Positions 8,936-20,015 of a DNA stretch of 64,000 nucleotides are shown piece by piece. The notes below the pieces were generated by a model that saw only the letters and a list, made by a program, of their open reading frames with translations, ran no database searches and had not been told where the DNA came from. The stretch's first letter is position 1; each line of letters begins with the position of its first letter. Position numbers and translations under genes: made by a program. The DNA lies in contig CAYFYE010000003.1 in NCBI GenBank assembly GCA_964347285.1, positions 3,518 to 67,517 of the forward strand, read 5' to 3'. This stretch comes from an uncultured Acidimicrobiia bacterium (GTDB lineage: Bacteria; Actinomycetota; Acidimicrobiia; Spongiisociales; JAOTWH01).

Positions 8936-9716
8936 GGGCTTGGTGATGGTAGTGACGACAATGCCGATGAGCGGCGACGGGGACGTCGAAGTGGCCCTCA
9001 GTTGGTTCCCGTTGCCCGAGTCTTCGGCAGGGCCCGTCGGGATCGGGCATGCTTAGGGCTCTTTGCCCCAGGGACAGGGTCGCGCCGACGCCGCCCACCA
9101 CCACCACCATGGCCAGCCCGGTCAGCAGGGCGGGGATCGCACCGAGGCCTGTGATCGGCAACGATTCTCTCGTGAACGATTCGAAGGCCGGCCGCGGCTC
9201 CACCACCACGGTCAGGACAAGGTCGACGGTGGAACAGGCACCGAAGGGGTCGCAGGTCCGAATCGTGACTGGGAACACACCGCCGGCGGCCGGCGCTCCG
9301 CTCCACGTGCCGTCGGGATTGAGGGACAACCCGGGAGGCAGCACTCCGGCCACGACCGTCAGCACGTAGGCGTCCCCATCCGGCTCTCCGATCTGGAGTG
9401 GCGATGGGCTGTTCCCGTACACGAGCTGAATGCCGGCGACCCCCGCGGAGACGGGGGCGTCGTTCACGGGAGCCACGATCACCGTCACGGTGGCCTGGGA
9501 GCATCCGCCGGCACCATCGCACACCGTGTACGTGAACGTGTCGGTGCCGAAGAAGTCGGTCGCCGGCGAGTAGGTCAGTGTCCCGTCGGCGTTGACCATC
9601 ACGGTCCCGTGCCCGGGCTGGGTCGCCGCCGTCACCGTCAAACCATCGCCGTCGATGTCGGCGTCATTGGCCAAGGGCGCGAAGGTCACCATGGCGTCCT
9701 CGTCGACGGCTACCAA
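8883..9716 (-). CDS. Ig-like / cadherin-like repeat protein with C-terminal TM anchor, possibly N-terminally truncated or frameshifted
   Basis: Motifs LANDADIDGDGLTVTA, VNDAPV and GVLPPGLSLNPDGTWSG are typical of cadherin-like and putative Ig domains. TM helix IPALLTGLAMVVVVGGVGA. No signal peptide. The 3' end overlaps the prfB start by about 52 nt. Confidence 0.5.
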   Translation of the reverse strand: MVAVDEDAMVTFAPLANDADIDGDGLTVTAATQPGHGTVMVNADGTLTYSPATDFFGTDTFTYTVCDGAGGCSQATVTVIVAPVNDAPVSAGVAGIQLVYGNSPSPLQIGEPDGDAYVLTVVAGVLPPGLSLNPDGTWSGAPAAGGVFPVTIRTCDPFGACSTVDLVLTVVVEPRPAFESFTRESLPITGLGAIPALLTGLAMVVVVGGVGATLSLGQRALSMPDPDGPCRRLGQREPTEGHFDVPVAAHRHCRHYHHQAHVHRSPNPAEGPSLAPR

Positions 9717-9935
9717 ATCCCCTGCCTCCAGGCCAGATCGTCTCCACGCAGGTTGGTCGTGAGGATGAATTCGGACCAGAGCCGGTCGAGCGAACCCGCT
9801 TCCGTCTCTCCCAGCTTGGCCGCCGGAATACCCCAGCGCTTCTCCCAGGCCTCGAGGAACTGCGGGCCCAGGCGGTAGGTGCGGGCGAGCTCGCCGGGAG
9901 TCACTACCGAAGGGGAACAGAACTCCGACGGCGGG

Positions 9936-12563
<2,628 letters not shown>

Positions 12564-12608
12564 GACTGCCGGTCAGTGTAGAGAGGACCGACCCCATACT
12601 GATAGGGG

Positions 12609-14000
12609 TCAGAATCCGAGGCTCTGGCGCACGCTGGGCTTCTCGAGAAGGGTCGCCGGATCGATGCCGGCTCGCTCGGGGAGGAGCTGTTCCACCACGT
12701 CGCCGGGGCCGAACAGAACGGGTTGGGGATCGAGCATCAACTCCCCCTCGGCGGTCCGCACCAGCACTCCGGCCGGACGGCCCGGGTCGTGATCGATCAG
12801 GTGGGTCACCATCACGACGTCACCCGAGTCCAGCTGCAAGATCGAGCCGGCCGGATAGGCCCCCATCATGTGGATGAAGGCCCGGACGAAGTCGGGATCG
12901 TACGAGGAAGCGGCGCCGGTCAGCAGCACGTGCAGCGCCCGGTTGGGAGTCTCGGCCCGACGATAGGAACGCCGAGTCGTGATGGCATCGTATGTGTCGG
13001 CCACCGAGACCATGCGGCTGTAGAAGTGCAGACCTCCCCTGGAGGGCTGCCGGTGTCCGTTGCCGTCGTCGTGGGGATGGGTGTGAGGGTTGCCCACCTT
13101 GGGATAGCCGGTGCCGTCGAAACGAGCATGGTGCTCGAGCGCGATCACCGCCGCCACCTCTTGGCCGCGGCCCGATGCAGCCAGGATGGCTTCGGCGCCA
13201 CTCTGAGGATGAAGCTTGATCTCTTCCCACTGGGCCGCGTCGAGGCGGCCCGGGTGCTGCAGAATGCTCGCCGCCACGCCCACCTTGCCGATGTCGTGCA
13301 ACAGTGCCCCCATGCCCAGTGGGACCAGCCGCTCCTCATCGAGCCCGATCAAACGGCCCAACGCCAGGGCGTAGATCGAGGTGTTGACCGAGTGGTAGTA
13401 GGTGTACTCGTCGTGCCCCTTGACCGTGGCCAGGAGCAGCGACGCTCCCGGCTGGCTCATGGTCTGCTCTACGAGGTCGCGAACCGTGTTGGCCACCCCG
13501 CTCAACTCGAAATCCCCGTCGCCCTTCATGGCGAAGCCGATACCCCGAAGGAGATCGAGGGAGGCGGCGTAGGAGCTGCGGAGTGCCCCGATCTCCGAAT
13601 GCTCGAGGTCCGAACGCGAGAGCGGCCTCTCGTTGAGCCGTATCGAACCGGCCGCCGGCAGATCGTCGGAAAAGCCGGCGATGAACGAAGCCAGATCAGA
13701 GGCGTCGGCCGGCCGGACCAGGCTGATGAGGGTGATCGAGTCGATGCCCCGCTTCTGCAGGTCGCGCAGGATCCCGTTGAACTCGAGGGAGGCGTGGGCC
13801 AGCAACGACGGCCCGAGGTAGATGGCATCGTCCATGAGAGTCAGCACGCATTCGCCGCCCTCGGGCATGAGACCGTTGGCCGTATTGACAGCGGCGGCTA
13901 CACCCTCGCGTGCGAGCGGGTGGGTGTCCGGATAGAGGCCTTGCTGGCGCACCAGCCGTCGCAGCTGTCCGAGAAATTCACGTACGGCGCGCTCGTTCAT
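12609..14000 (-). CDS. HD-GYP domain phosphodiesterase (c-di-GMP) with an N-terminal domain of unknown function
   Basis: HD motif LLHDIGK and GYP motif HHARFDGTGYP are both intact. Overlaps the upstream HEAT gene by 4 nt. Confidence 0.8.
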   Translation of the reverse strand: MNERAVREFLGQLRRLVRQQGLYPDTHPLAREGVAAAVNTANGLMPEGGECVLTLMDDAIYLGPSLLAHASLEFNGILRDLQKRGIDSITLISLVRPADASDLASFIAGFSDDLPAAGSIRLNERPLSRSDLEHSEIGALRSSYAASLDLLRGIGFAMKGDGDFELSGVANTVRDLVEQTMSQPGASLLLATVKGHDEYTYYHSVNTSIYALALGRLIGLDEERLVPLGMGALLHDIGKVGVAASILQHPGRLDAAQWEEIKLHPQSGAEAILAASGRGQEVAAVIALEHHARFDGTGYPKVGNPHTHPHDDGNGHRQPSRGGLHFYSRMVSVADTYDAITTRRSYRRAETPNRALHVLLTGAASSYDPDFVRAFIHMMGAYPAGSILQLDSGDVVMVTHLIDHDPGRPAGVLVRTAEGELMLDPQPVLFGPGDVVEQLLPERAGIDPATLLEKPSVRQSLGF

Positions 14001-15961
14001 CCACCACCCCCGAGGGCCCTGCGGGCTGCATCGCGAATTGCTCGGGCCTGGCCGAAGATGGCGAGCCGACGCTCTGCGTACTCGCGCAGGGCATGCCGGG
14101 CCGGCTCGGTACCTCGCTCGCCGAGCACCTCGATGACGCGCAGCTTCAGCTGCAGACTGGCCTCGCCCCCGGCGAGCACCGTTGCCAGGTTGTCGTCCAC
14201 TTGGTGGGCCGCCGAGTTGACGAGCAGCGCCACCGCCGCCTGGCGAACCCGCTCATGGCGGTCGTCCAGTCCGGCAACGGCCGCTTCGATTCCCCGCTCG
14301 CTCGGCAGGGGCACCACCGATCGCAAGGCCTCGACGCGTACTCGGTGATCTTTGTGGGAAGCGGCCAGCACCTTCAGTCGGGCGGCCACGTCGCTGCGGC
14401 CGCTCCGACCCAGCACGGTGGCCAGGTTGCGAACCACGAACCACCGCTCGTCCTTCAGGTAGGGATAAACCGGAGTGGGATCGACTTGGGCGATCCCCGA
14501 CATCACGTCGATGAGCAAGCGGCGCCGGGCCGGTGTCTCCTCATCGGCCAGCAACTCGACCAGCTTGTCCAGCACAGTCGGGCCCCACGCCTCCAGGAGG
14601 GGAAGGCCCGAGCCCTCCCCCTGCTCGTCGAGCTGCATCACCAGCGCCTCGATCAGCTCGGGACTCGACATGGCGGCGAGAGCGTCGTCGACCTCATTCT
14701 GTTTGTCGGGTGGGTAGGTCGGTTCCTCGGTGACCGCCCGTAGCCATTCCTCGGCCCGCTCCAGGTCGCTCTCCCGAATGCTGCGAGACACCTTCCCCGT
14801 CCACACCCGAACCAACCGGCGAAAACGCACGTCTCGATCCTCGATGGCGAACAGGCGGCGGAGCACCTCGATTCCAATGTTGTCGTCCTCGGCCGGATCG
14901 GGAAATTCGAGGGTTAGATTCTCGAACGATTCAGCGGTCAACGACGGAGCGTCTTGCCCTCCGCCGAGCAACGCCCCGATCCGCCCGGCCACCGCCCGGC
15001 GGGCCTCTTGTACCTCCTCGGCCGACTGCAGCAGAGCCATCAGCTCTTCGGGGCGGCCCTCCTCGGTCGACACCCGGGCGTATTCGAGAAGACCGGCCCG
15101 AACCGGCTGCGGCAACGAGGTCGCCAGCCGAGCGAGGTCGTGTCCGGAGAACTGGTCCAGGAAGACCTGGTACGAAGGTTTGGACCGATGACCTACAAAC
15201 CGCTCCAGCAGCGGGACCTGGAACTCAGTGGGAAAGTAGAAATAGGCCTCGACGAAGGCGCGGACCACGTCCTCGCGGCCACCGTGGTCGCTCTCGCCGA
15301 CCAGGCCGTAGACCCGGTCGTATCGGTCGGCGAACACCTCGGTCAGCCGTTCGGAGCTGCCTTCGGCCTCGGCAATCAGCTCTGCGGCAAACGCTTCCGG
15401 ATCGGCGGCGTCCCGGAGCAGTTTGGCGACCTCGGTGTCGCGCGCCTCATTGGCGGCATCCTCCGACTCGACGAGCATCGAGCGTTGGACGACCTGAATG
15501 GCCTCGATGCCGGCGTTGAGGAGGGCGAAACGGACACCCCCGAGGGAACGGACTTCTTCGTCGTCGGTGTCCAGCACCTCGAACAGCCTCAGTAACTCGT
15601 CGTCGCGAGGCGGCGCGGCCAGCTGCAGAGCAGCGACCTCGTGCACAAACAGCCTCTTCACCAGGCGGGCCACCCCTTCCCTGGAACCCCTGACCTCTTC
15701 CTCGTCGGCTACGAAGGCACCGGTGCCGACTTCGGTGTAGAGGGGATACACGGCTTCGGTCTGCTTCAGTTCCTCCATGGCCCGTTCCCATGCCGGCTGG
15801 GCGGCCGGCTCGGGATAGAGCTGATACGTGCTCCAGGCCATGCCGAGAGCATCGACCAGCAGCGTGATCGCCTCTGGGGTGATCTCGCTCTCTCGAGCGC
15901 TCTCAGAAGCTCTCTCCTCGTGCTCATCGACCTGGGGCTCTGCATCCATGACAAGCCTCAA
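13997..15961 (-). CDS. HEAT/PBS-lyase-like repeat protein (hypothetical, 654 aa)
   Basis: C-terminal degenerate alpha-helical repeats (…DHRVRVEALRSV…, …DRHERVRQAAVALL…). No enzymatic motifs. Coupled by 4-nt overlaps to both neighbours. Confidence 0.5.
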   Translation of the reverse strand: MRLVMDAEPQVDEHEERASESARESEITPEAITLLVDALGMAWSTYQLYPEPAAQPAWERAMEELKQTEAVYPLYTEVGTGAFVADEEEVRGSREGVARLVKRLFVHEVAALQLAAPPRDDELLRLFEVLDTDDEEVRSLGGVRFALLNAGIEAIQVVQRSMLVESEDAANEARDTEVAKLLRDAADPEAFAAELIAEAEGSSERLTEVFADRYDRVYGLVGESDHGGREDVVRAFVEAYFYFPTEFQVPLLERFVGHRSKPSYQVFLDQFSGHDLARLATSLPQPVRAGLLEYARVSTEEGRPEELMALLQSAEEVQEARRAVAGRIGALLGGGQDAPSLTAESFENLTLEFPDPAEDDNIGIEVLRRLFAIEDRDVRFRRLVRVWTGKVSRSIRESDLERAEEWLRAVTEEPTYPPDKQNEVDDALAAMSSPELIEALVMQLDEQGEGSGLPLLEAWGPTVLDKLVELLADEETPARRRLLIDVMSGIAQVDPTPVYPYLKDERWFVVRNLATVLGRSGRSDVAARLKVLAASHKDHRVRVEALRSVVPLPSERGIEAAVAGLDDRHERVRQAAVALLVNSAAHQVDDNLATVLAGGEASLQLKLRVIEVLGERGTEPARHALREYAERRLAIFGQARAIRDAARRALGGGG

Positions 15962-16605
15962 AGGGAGATCAGGTTCTCTCGTACTGCGTAGAGGACCGCC
16001 TCGCTCCGGGAATGGAGACCCAGCTTGTCGAGGATGTTGCGCACGTGGTTCTTGACCGTGTTCTCAGAGATGTACAACAGCTCGCCGATCTCTTTGGACG
16101 TGTGACCCTGAGCCACCATCTCCAGCACCTCGATCTCTCGTCCGGTGAGCACCGGCTTGCGGGACGCGAACAGCTCTCGATGCCGCAGAAGCTGACGGGC
16201 GGCGTCGAAGAGCTTTCCGCACATCAACGGCGTCACCGCCGCTCCGCCTTCGGCTATGTCGCTGATGGCCTTGGCCAGCTCTTCGAAGGAGGCGTCTTTG
16301 TTCAGATAGCCGCGCGCCCCGGCCTTGATGCCCTCGAGCAGATCCTCCTCCGACTCGCTGGAAGTGAGTAGCACGACGTGCGTGTCGGGCGATACTGCGT
16401 AGAGCTTCTCCACAACCTCCAGACCGGAGAGGCCGGGCATGAGGATGTCCAGCACCACCACCTCAGGCTGGAGGTATTCGGCTTCGGCGACCGCTCCCTC
16501 GGCGTGCTCGGCCTGGCCCACAACGTGGAAGCCGGCCTCGTTCAGAGCCGCGGCCAACCCGGCCCGGAACAGGGCCACGTCATCGACGACCAGAACACTG
16601 GTCAT
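15958..16605 (-). CDS. NarL/FixJ (LuxR-type HTH) response regulator
   Basis: Receiver domain has DD, D (VLDILMPG), T and K. C-terminal GerE/LuxR HTH: TGREIEVLEMVAQGHTSKEIGELLYISENTVKNHVRNILDKLG. The ATG overlaps the hpf stop (ATGA). Confidence 0.9.
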   Translation of the reverse strand: MTSVLVVDDVALFRAGLAAALNEAGFHVVGQAEHAEGAVAEAEYLQPEVVVLDILMPGLSGLEVVEKLYAVSPDTHVVLLTSSESEEDLLEGIKAGARGYLNKDASFEELAKAISDIAEGGAAVTPLMCGKLFDAARQLLRHRELFASRKPVLTGREIEVLEMVAQGHTSKEIGELLYISENTVKNHVRNILDKLGLHSRSEAVLYAVRENLISL

Positions 16606-17171
16606 GTGGGCTCTATCAAACCCAATGACCCATCGCGACGCCGATACAGAACTCCGTAGCGCTCAGTCTCCCCGTTCAGGAAGAAGAAGAAACTGTGGCC
16701 GAGCAACTCCATCTGCAGAGCGGCCTCCTCAGGCATCATGGGTTTCATCGCGAACTGCTTCACGCGGACAATCCCCAATTCGTCCTCTACAGATGGATCT
16801 TCGGCCACCCCTGCGGAGGCATTGAGACGTTTGTGATCGTCGGTTCGGGTGCGCTGGATGAGGCGCTGTTTGAGCTGGCGCAGGCTTCGCTCGAACTTCT
16901 CCGAAGCCTGGTCGAGAGCGGTCCGCTCTTCATGCGCAGCGGCCTCGACGCGCACCAGCTGTCCGGCCACTCGTGTCGTGATCTCCACCCGGTAGCGAGC
17001 ATCGGCAATGCGCGGGTTTTGCTGCTCGATGAACTCGACGTCGACCGCCGAGTCGTCGCCAAAGATCCGACCGGCGTTTCCCAGCTTGCGCTCAGCGAGG
17101 GCCCGGAGATCCTCGCCGACCTGCATGCGCTTGCCGTGCACCCGTACGTCCACCGGTTGCTCCTTTCCCAC
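16602..17171 (-). CDS. hpf: ribosome hibernation promoting factor (long HPF, RaiA/YfiA family)
   Basis: Sigma-54-modulation-like N-terminal domain, plus a C-terminal dimerisation domain (VRVKQFAMKPMMPEEAALQMELLGHSFFFFLNGETERYGVLYRRRDGSLGLIEP). Confidence 0.85.
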   Translation of the reverse strand: MGKEQPVDVRVHGKRMQVGEDLRALAERKLGNAGRIFGDDSAVDVEFIEQQNPRIADARYRVEITTRVAGQLVRVEAAAHEERTALDQASEKFERSLRQLKQRLIQRTRTDDHKRLNASAGVAEDPSVEDELGIVRVKQFAMKPMMPEEAALQMELLGHSFFFFLNGETERYGVLYRRRDGSLGLIEPT

Positions 17172-17354
17172 GACGCGCTTCGCCCCCGAGTGAGGCGGAG
17201 AGGTTTGACGCGGGACCGAGCGGCGGGGCCGACCCGCCGTCTCGCGTCCCGAGTCTCGTGAAGCCAGACAATGGCCTGATTTGCACTATACGCCCCGAGC
17301 CGGGGTGGCATAGGGGGCAAAGGACCCTAGACGTGGATTCCCGCTCCCAGGGGG

Positions 17355-17948
17355 TCAGGGGGAAGCCGGCCGCGGGAACAAGGAACGGCCCGCCATCGTC
17401 GCCGTCACCGCCCCGATCGGCTCGCTCCCCAGGGCAAGATATGCCGCCGTGAGCGTGGCCCCGGTCGTGACCACGTCGTCCACCAGCACCACGCCGGCAG
17501 GGAGGGTTCGTCGCCGTCGGAAGGACGGAAGCGTACGGCGTCCCGTTCCGGCATGCCGGGGCCACCACAGCGGCCCCGACAGTGCCTCCAGCACCGGAAG
17601 GCCGCTCGAGGTGCCGAGCTCCCGCCCCAGCTCGAAGGCGGGATCCACTCCGTATCGCCAGCGCCGCAGGGCCGCCCTCGGCACCGGAACCAGGGCGCGG
17701 GTCCCGCCGGGCAACGCCTCCATCATGGCCCCGGCCAAGAGCCTCGTTGCCGCGCCGCTCCCCTCGTACTTGAGGCGGTGCACCAAGCGGCGGGCCGGGC
17801 CATCGTGCCGGAGGGGTGCCGCCACCATCAGGCCAGCGGGCAGCCGCCTCGTACCACCACCGGCCAACTGAAGGCGACACCGTGAACACAGCGGACTCGT
17901 CGGCCATGATCCGCAGGCGAGGCAGGCGGTCCGGTCTCCGAACCCCAT
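17355..17948 (-). CDS. comF: ComF family protein (phosphoribosyltransferase domain, ComFC-like)
   Basis: N-terminal Cys pairs CLACGS...CSRCR and the PRTase motif VVLVDDVVTTGATL. The internal ATG at 17948 was preferred over the track start at 18170. Confidence 0.7.
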   Translation of the reverse strand: MGFGDRTACLACGSWPTSPLCSRCRLQLAGGGTRRLPAGLMVAAPLRHDGPARRLVHRLKYEGSGAATRLLAGAMMEALPGGTRALVPVPRAALRRWRYGVDPAFELGRELGTSSGLPVLEALSGPLWWPRHAGTGRRTLPSFRRRRTLPAGVVLVDDVVTTGATLTAAYLALGSEPIGAVTATMAGRSLFPRPASP

Positions 17949-18000
17949 CGATCGAACGTAGTCGCCGACCGCGACACAACACGAGGCACCAGAGAACGGT

Positions 18001-19938
18001 TTGGAGGGACGATCCCCAACGCCGCTCGCCGGTCCGCTACCTTGCGTTGGCCAGGAGGCAGAACAAAGGAACACGTTGGGCCTCACGCAGCGGGGGAACA
18101 TCATTCGGGCGGTGCCGGTGGTGTGGCTGACATTGCTGACCGCCGCTTCCAGCAACGACGTGGGCACCACGACGGCGGCGGCATCCCTCCCGACCGCTGC
18201 GACCGCTCAGCCGGCGCCGCCGACCACCACGACCGCCGCAAACACGACGACCACCACCCTCCCTCCCACCCACCTGTACGGGGGCGAGGTGGTGATCGGT
18301 ACTACCGCCGAGCCGGCCACCCTGAACCCCTACCTGCCGGGAGGAGATGCACCGATCCTCGGCCGAATCGGCCGCGCCGTCTGGACCGGTGTCTACGACA
18401 TCGATCCTTCCACGCTCGAGCTCATCCCCGACGTCGTCACCGAGCTTCCCTCGGTGGCCAACGGGGGCATCACCGTGGACGAAGCGGGGATCGAAACCAT
18501 CCGCTACCAGATCCGCGACGAGGCGGTATGGGCGGACGGGGTGCCGATCTCGGGAGACGACTTCCTCTTCACCTACCAGACGATCATGGACCCGGGCCTG
18601 CCCATCGACAAGACGCTCTACGAGGACATCGTCCCCGAATCGGTGGTAGCGGGGCCCAAGACCTTCGAATACGCGCTGGCCCCTCCCTCGGTCGAGGCCG
18701 AGCTGCTGTTCGACACGATCCTGCCCAGACACGACGTCGAGGGATCCGATCTCCTCGGGGCCTGGAGCGACCGAATGTGGGTCTCCGGAGGTCCCTTCTC
18801 CTTCGCCGAGTGGAGGCCGGGTGAGTCGATCACGCTGGTGCGCAACGACAACTACTGGAAGGCCGACCCTGAGACGGGCCAACAGCTTCCCATCCTCGAG
18901 GAGGCGACCTTCCTCTTCTACCCCGATACCGAGGCAATGCTGGCCGCATTCGCCGATCGCTGGGTCGACATCATCCTTCCGCCGGCGGAGGTGGCGACGA
19001 TCCAGCAACTCCGAAGCCTCGAGGGGACCAGGGTCGACGTAGCGGGTGGGCCCGTCTGGGAACACCTCGCCTTCCAGTTTGGAGAGAACCGGCTCATCCG
19101 CAATCCCGGCTCCTACAACGAGTTCGTCGAGTACCGCAAGGCGATAGCCCACGCCATCGACCGTCAGAGAATCGTCGACGAGATGCTCGGGGGGCTGGTC
19201 GAGCCGCTCCAATCGTACGTGGATGTCTTCGGCCCGACCCTGTCGGGTCGGGCGTGGTCCCGGTACGACTACGACCCGGAGAAGGCCCGTGATTTCATCG
19301 AACAGTTGTGTGCCCGGGAGGACACCAACTGTGAGACCGACCCGCCGACGGCCGTCTTTACCACCGTTTCCGACGGAGATCGGGTGTCGCTGGCACAGCT
19401 CCTCGAGCCGATGTTGGCCGACGCCGGAATCGAGTTCGCGCCCGACCTCGAGGACGACGCCCTCTTCTTCGGCGAGACCTTCTTCTTCGGCACCTGGGAC
19501 ATGGCCGAGTGGGGCGTGCGGAGCAGGCCCGGCCTTCCCGGGCTGTCGGAGTTCCACGACTTCCTCGATCCCCGCGCCCCTCCGCCCGAGGGCAACAACT
19601 ACTACCGCTGGGGCACGCCCGAAGTGGTGGGGCAGGTCCCGCCGGAGCTCGACCAGGCTCGGTCGTCGGTGATCGATGAGGCCACCGAGCGGTTTGCCCG
19701 CTTGTGGGACCTGGCCCAGGCCGAGGTCGACCGGGACCGGCTGGTTCGGCTCATCGCCGAGATGGAGCAGATCCTCGCCGACAACGTCGTGATCATCCCG
19801 CTCTATCCCCGCCTCAACCCGGCGGCGGTGTGGGCCGACGAGATCGGCGGCTATCGCCACAGCCCCGTTCCGGGCGGTGACACCTGGAACATCGAGCAGT
19901 GGTTCCGGGTCGACCGGAACGGGGAAAGGGCCGGATAG
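18001..19938 (+). CDS. ABC transporter substrate-binding protein, family 5 (peptide/nickel type), orphan
   Basis: About 600-aa extracytoplasmic protein. Hydrophobic leader AVPVVWLTLLTAASS, then a Thr/Ala/Pro-rich linker, then an SBP_bac_5-like body. The true start may be an alternative codon near 18070. No permease or ATPase genes are adjacent. Confidence 0.6.
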   Translation: MEGRSPTPLAGPLPCVGQEAEQRNTLGLTQRGNIIRAVPVVWLTLLTAASSNDVGTTTAAASLPTAATAQPAPPTTTTAANTTTTTLPPTHLYGGEVVIGTTAEPATLNPYLPGGDAPILGRIGRAVWTGVYDIDPSTLELIPDVVTELPSVANGGITVDEAGIETIRYQIRDEAVWADGVPISGDDFLFTYQTIMDPGLPIDKTLYEDIVPESVVAGPKTFEYALAPPSVEAELLFDTILPRHDVEGSDLLGAWSDRMWVSGGPFSFAEWRPGESITLVRNDNYWKADPETGQQLPILEEATFLFYPDTEAMLAAFADRWVDIILPPAEVATIQQLRSLEGTRVDVAGGPVWEHLAFQFGENRLIRNPGSYNEFVEYRKAIAHAIDRQRIVDEMLGGLVEPLQSYVDVFGPTLSGRAWSRYDYDPEKARDFIEQLCAREDTNCETDPPTAVFTTVSDGDRVSLAQLLEPMLADAGIEFAPDLEDDALFFGETFFFGTWDMAEWGVRSRPGLPGLSEFHDFLDPRAPPPEGNNYYRWGTPEVVGQVPPELDQARSSVIDEATERFARLWDLAQAEVDRDRLVRLIAEMEQILADNVVIIPLYPRLNPAAVWADEIGGYRHSPVPGGDTWNIEQWFRVDRNGERAG

Positions 19939-20015
19939 CAATGCGTCCGGGCGCGTGGAGCCGATCGACCGCGGCAGGGCGGGGCGGTTTGGAGCCACCC
20001 TCCTAGAGTCACCTT

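Noticed and set aside
7711-8946. 411-aa plus-strand ORF
   Set aside because: Antisense to prfB, which has GGQ motif support and a frameshift site. No motifs.
12723-14348. 541-aa plus-strand ORF and other long frames antisense to the HD-GYP and HEAT genes
   Set aside because: HD and GYP motifs define the minus-strand frame. The antisense frames are composition artefacts.
17172-17354. Possible tRNA or sRNA in the hpf-comF intergenic region, and in other gaps (19939..20015, 21086..21153, 48526..48607)
   Set aside because: No cloverleaf-compatible acceptor/T-arm pattern (GTTCRANYC) or conserved tRNA features were found by eye. These should be re-checked with tRNAscan-SE.
18037-19998. 653-aa minus-strand ORF
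   Set aside because: Antisense to the substrate-binding protein gene. Arg/Gly-rich translation with no domain signatures.
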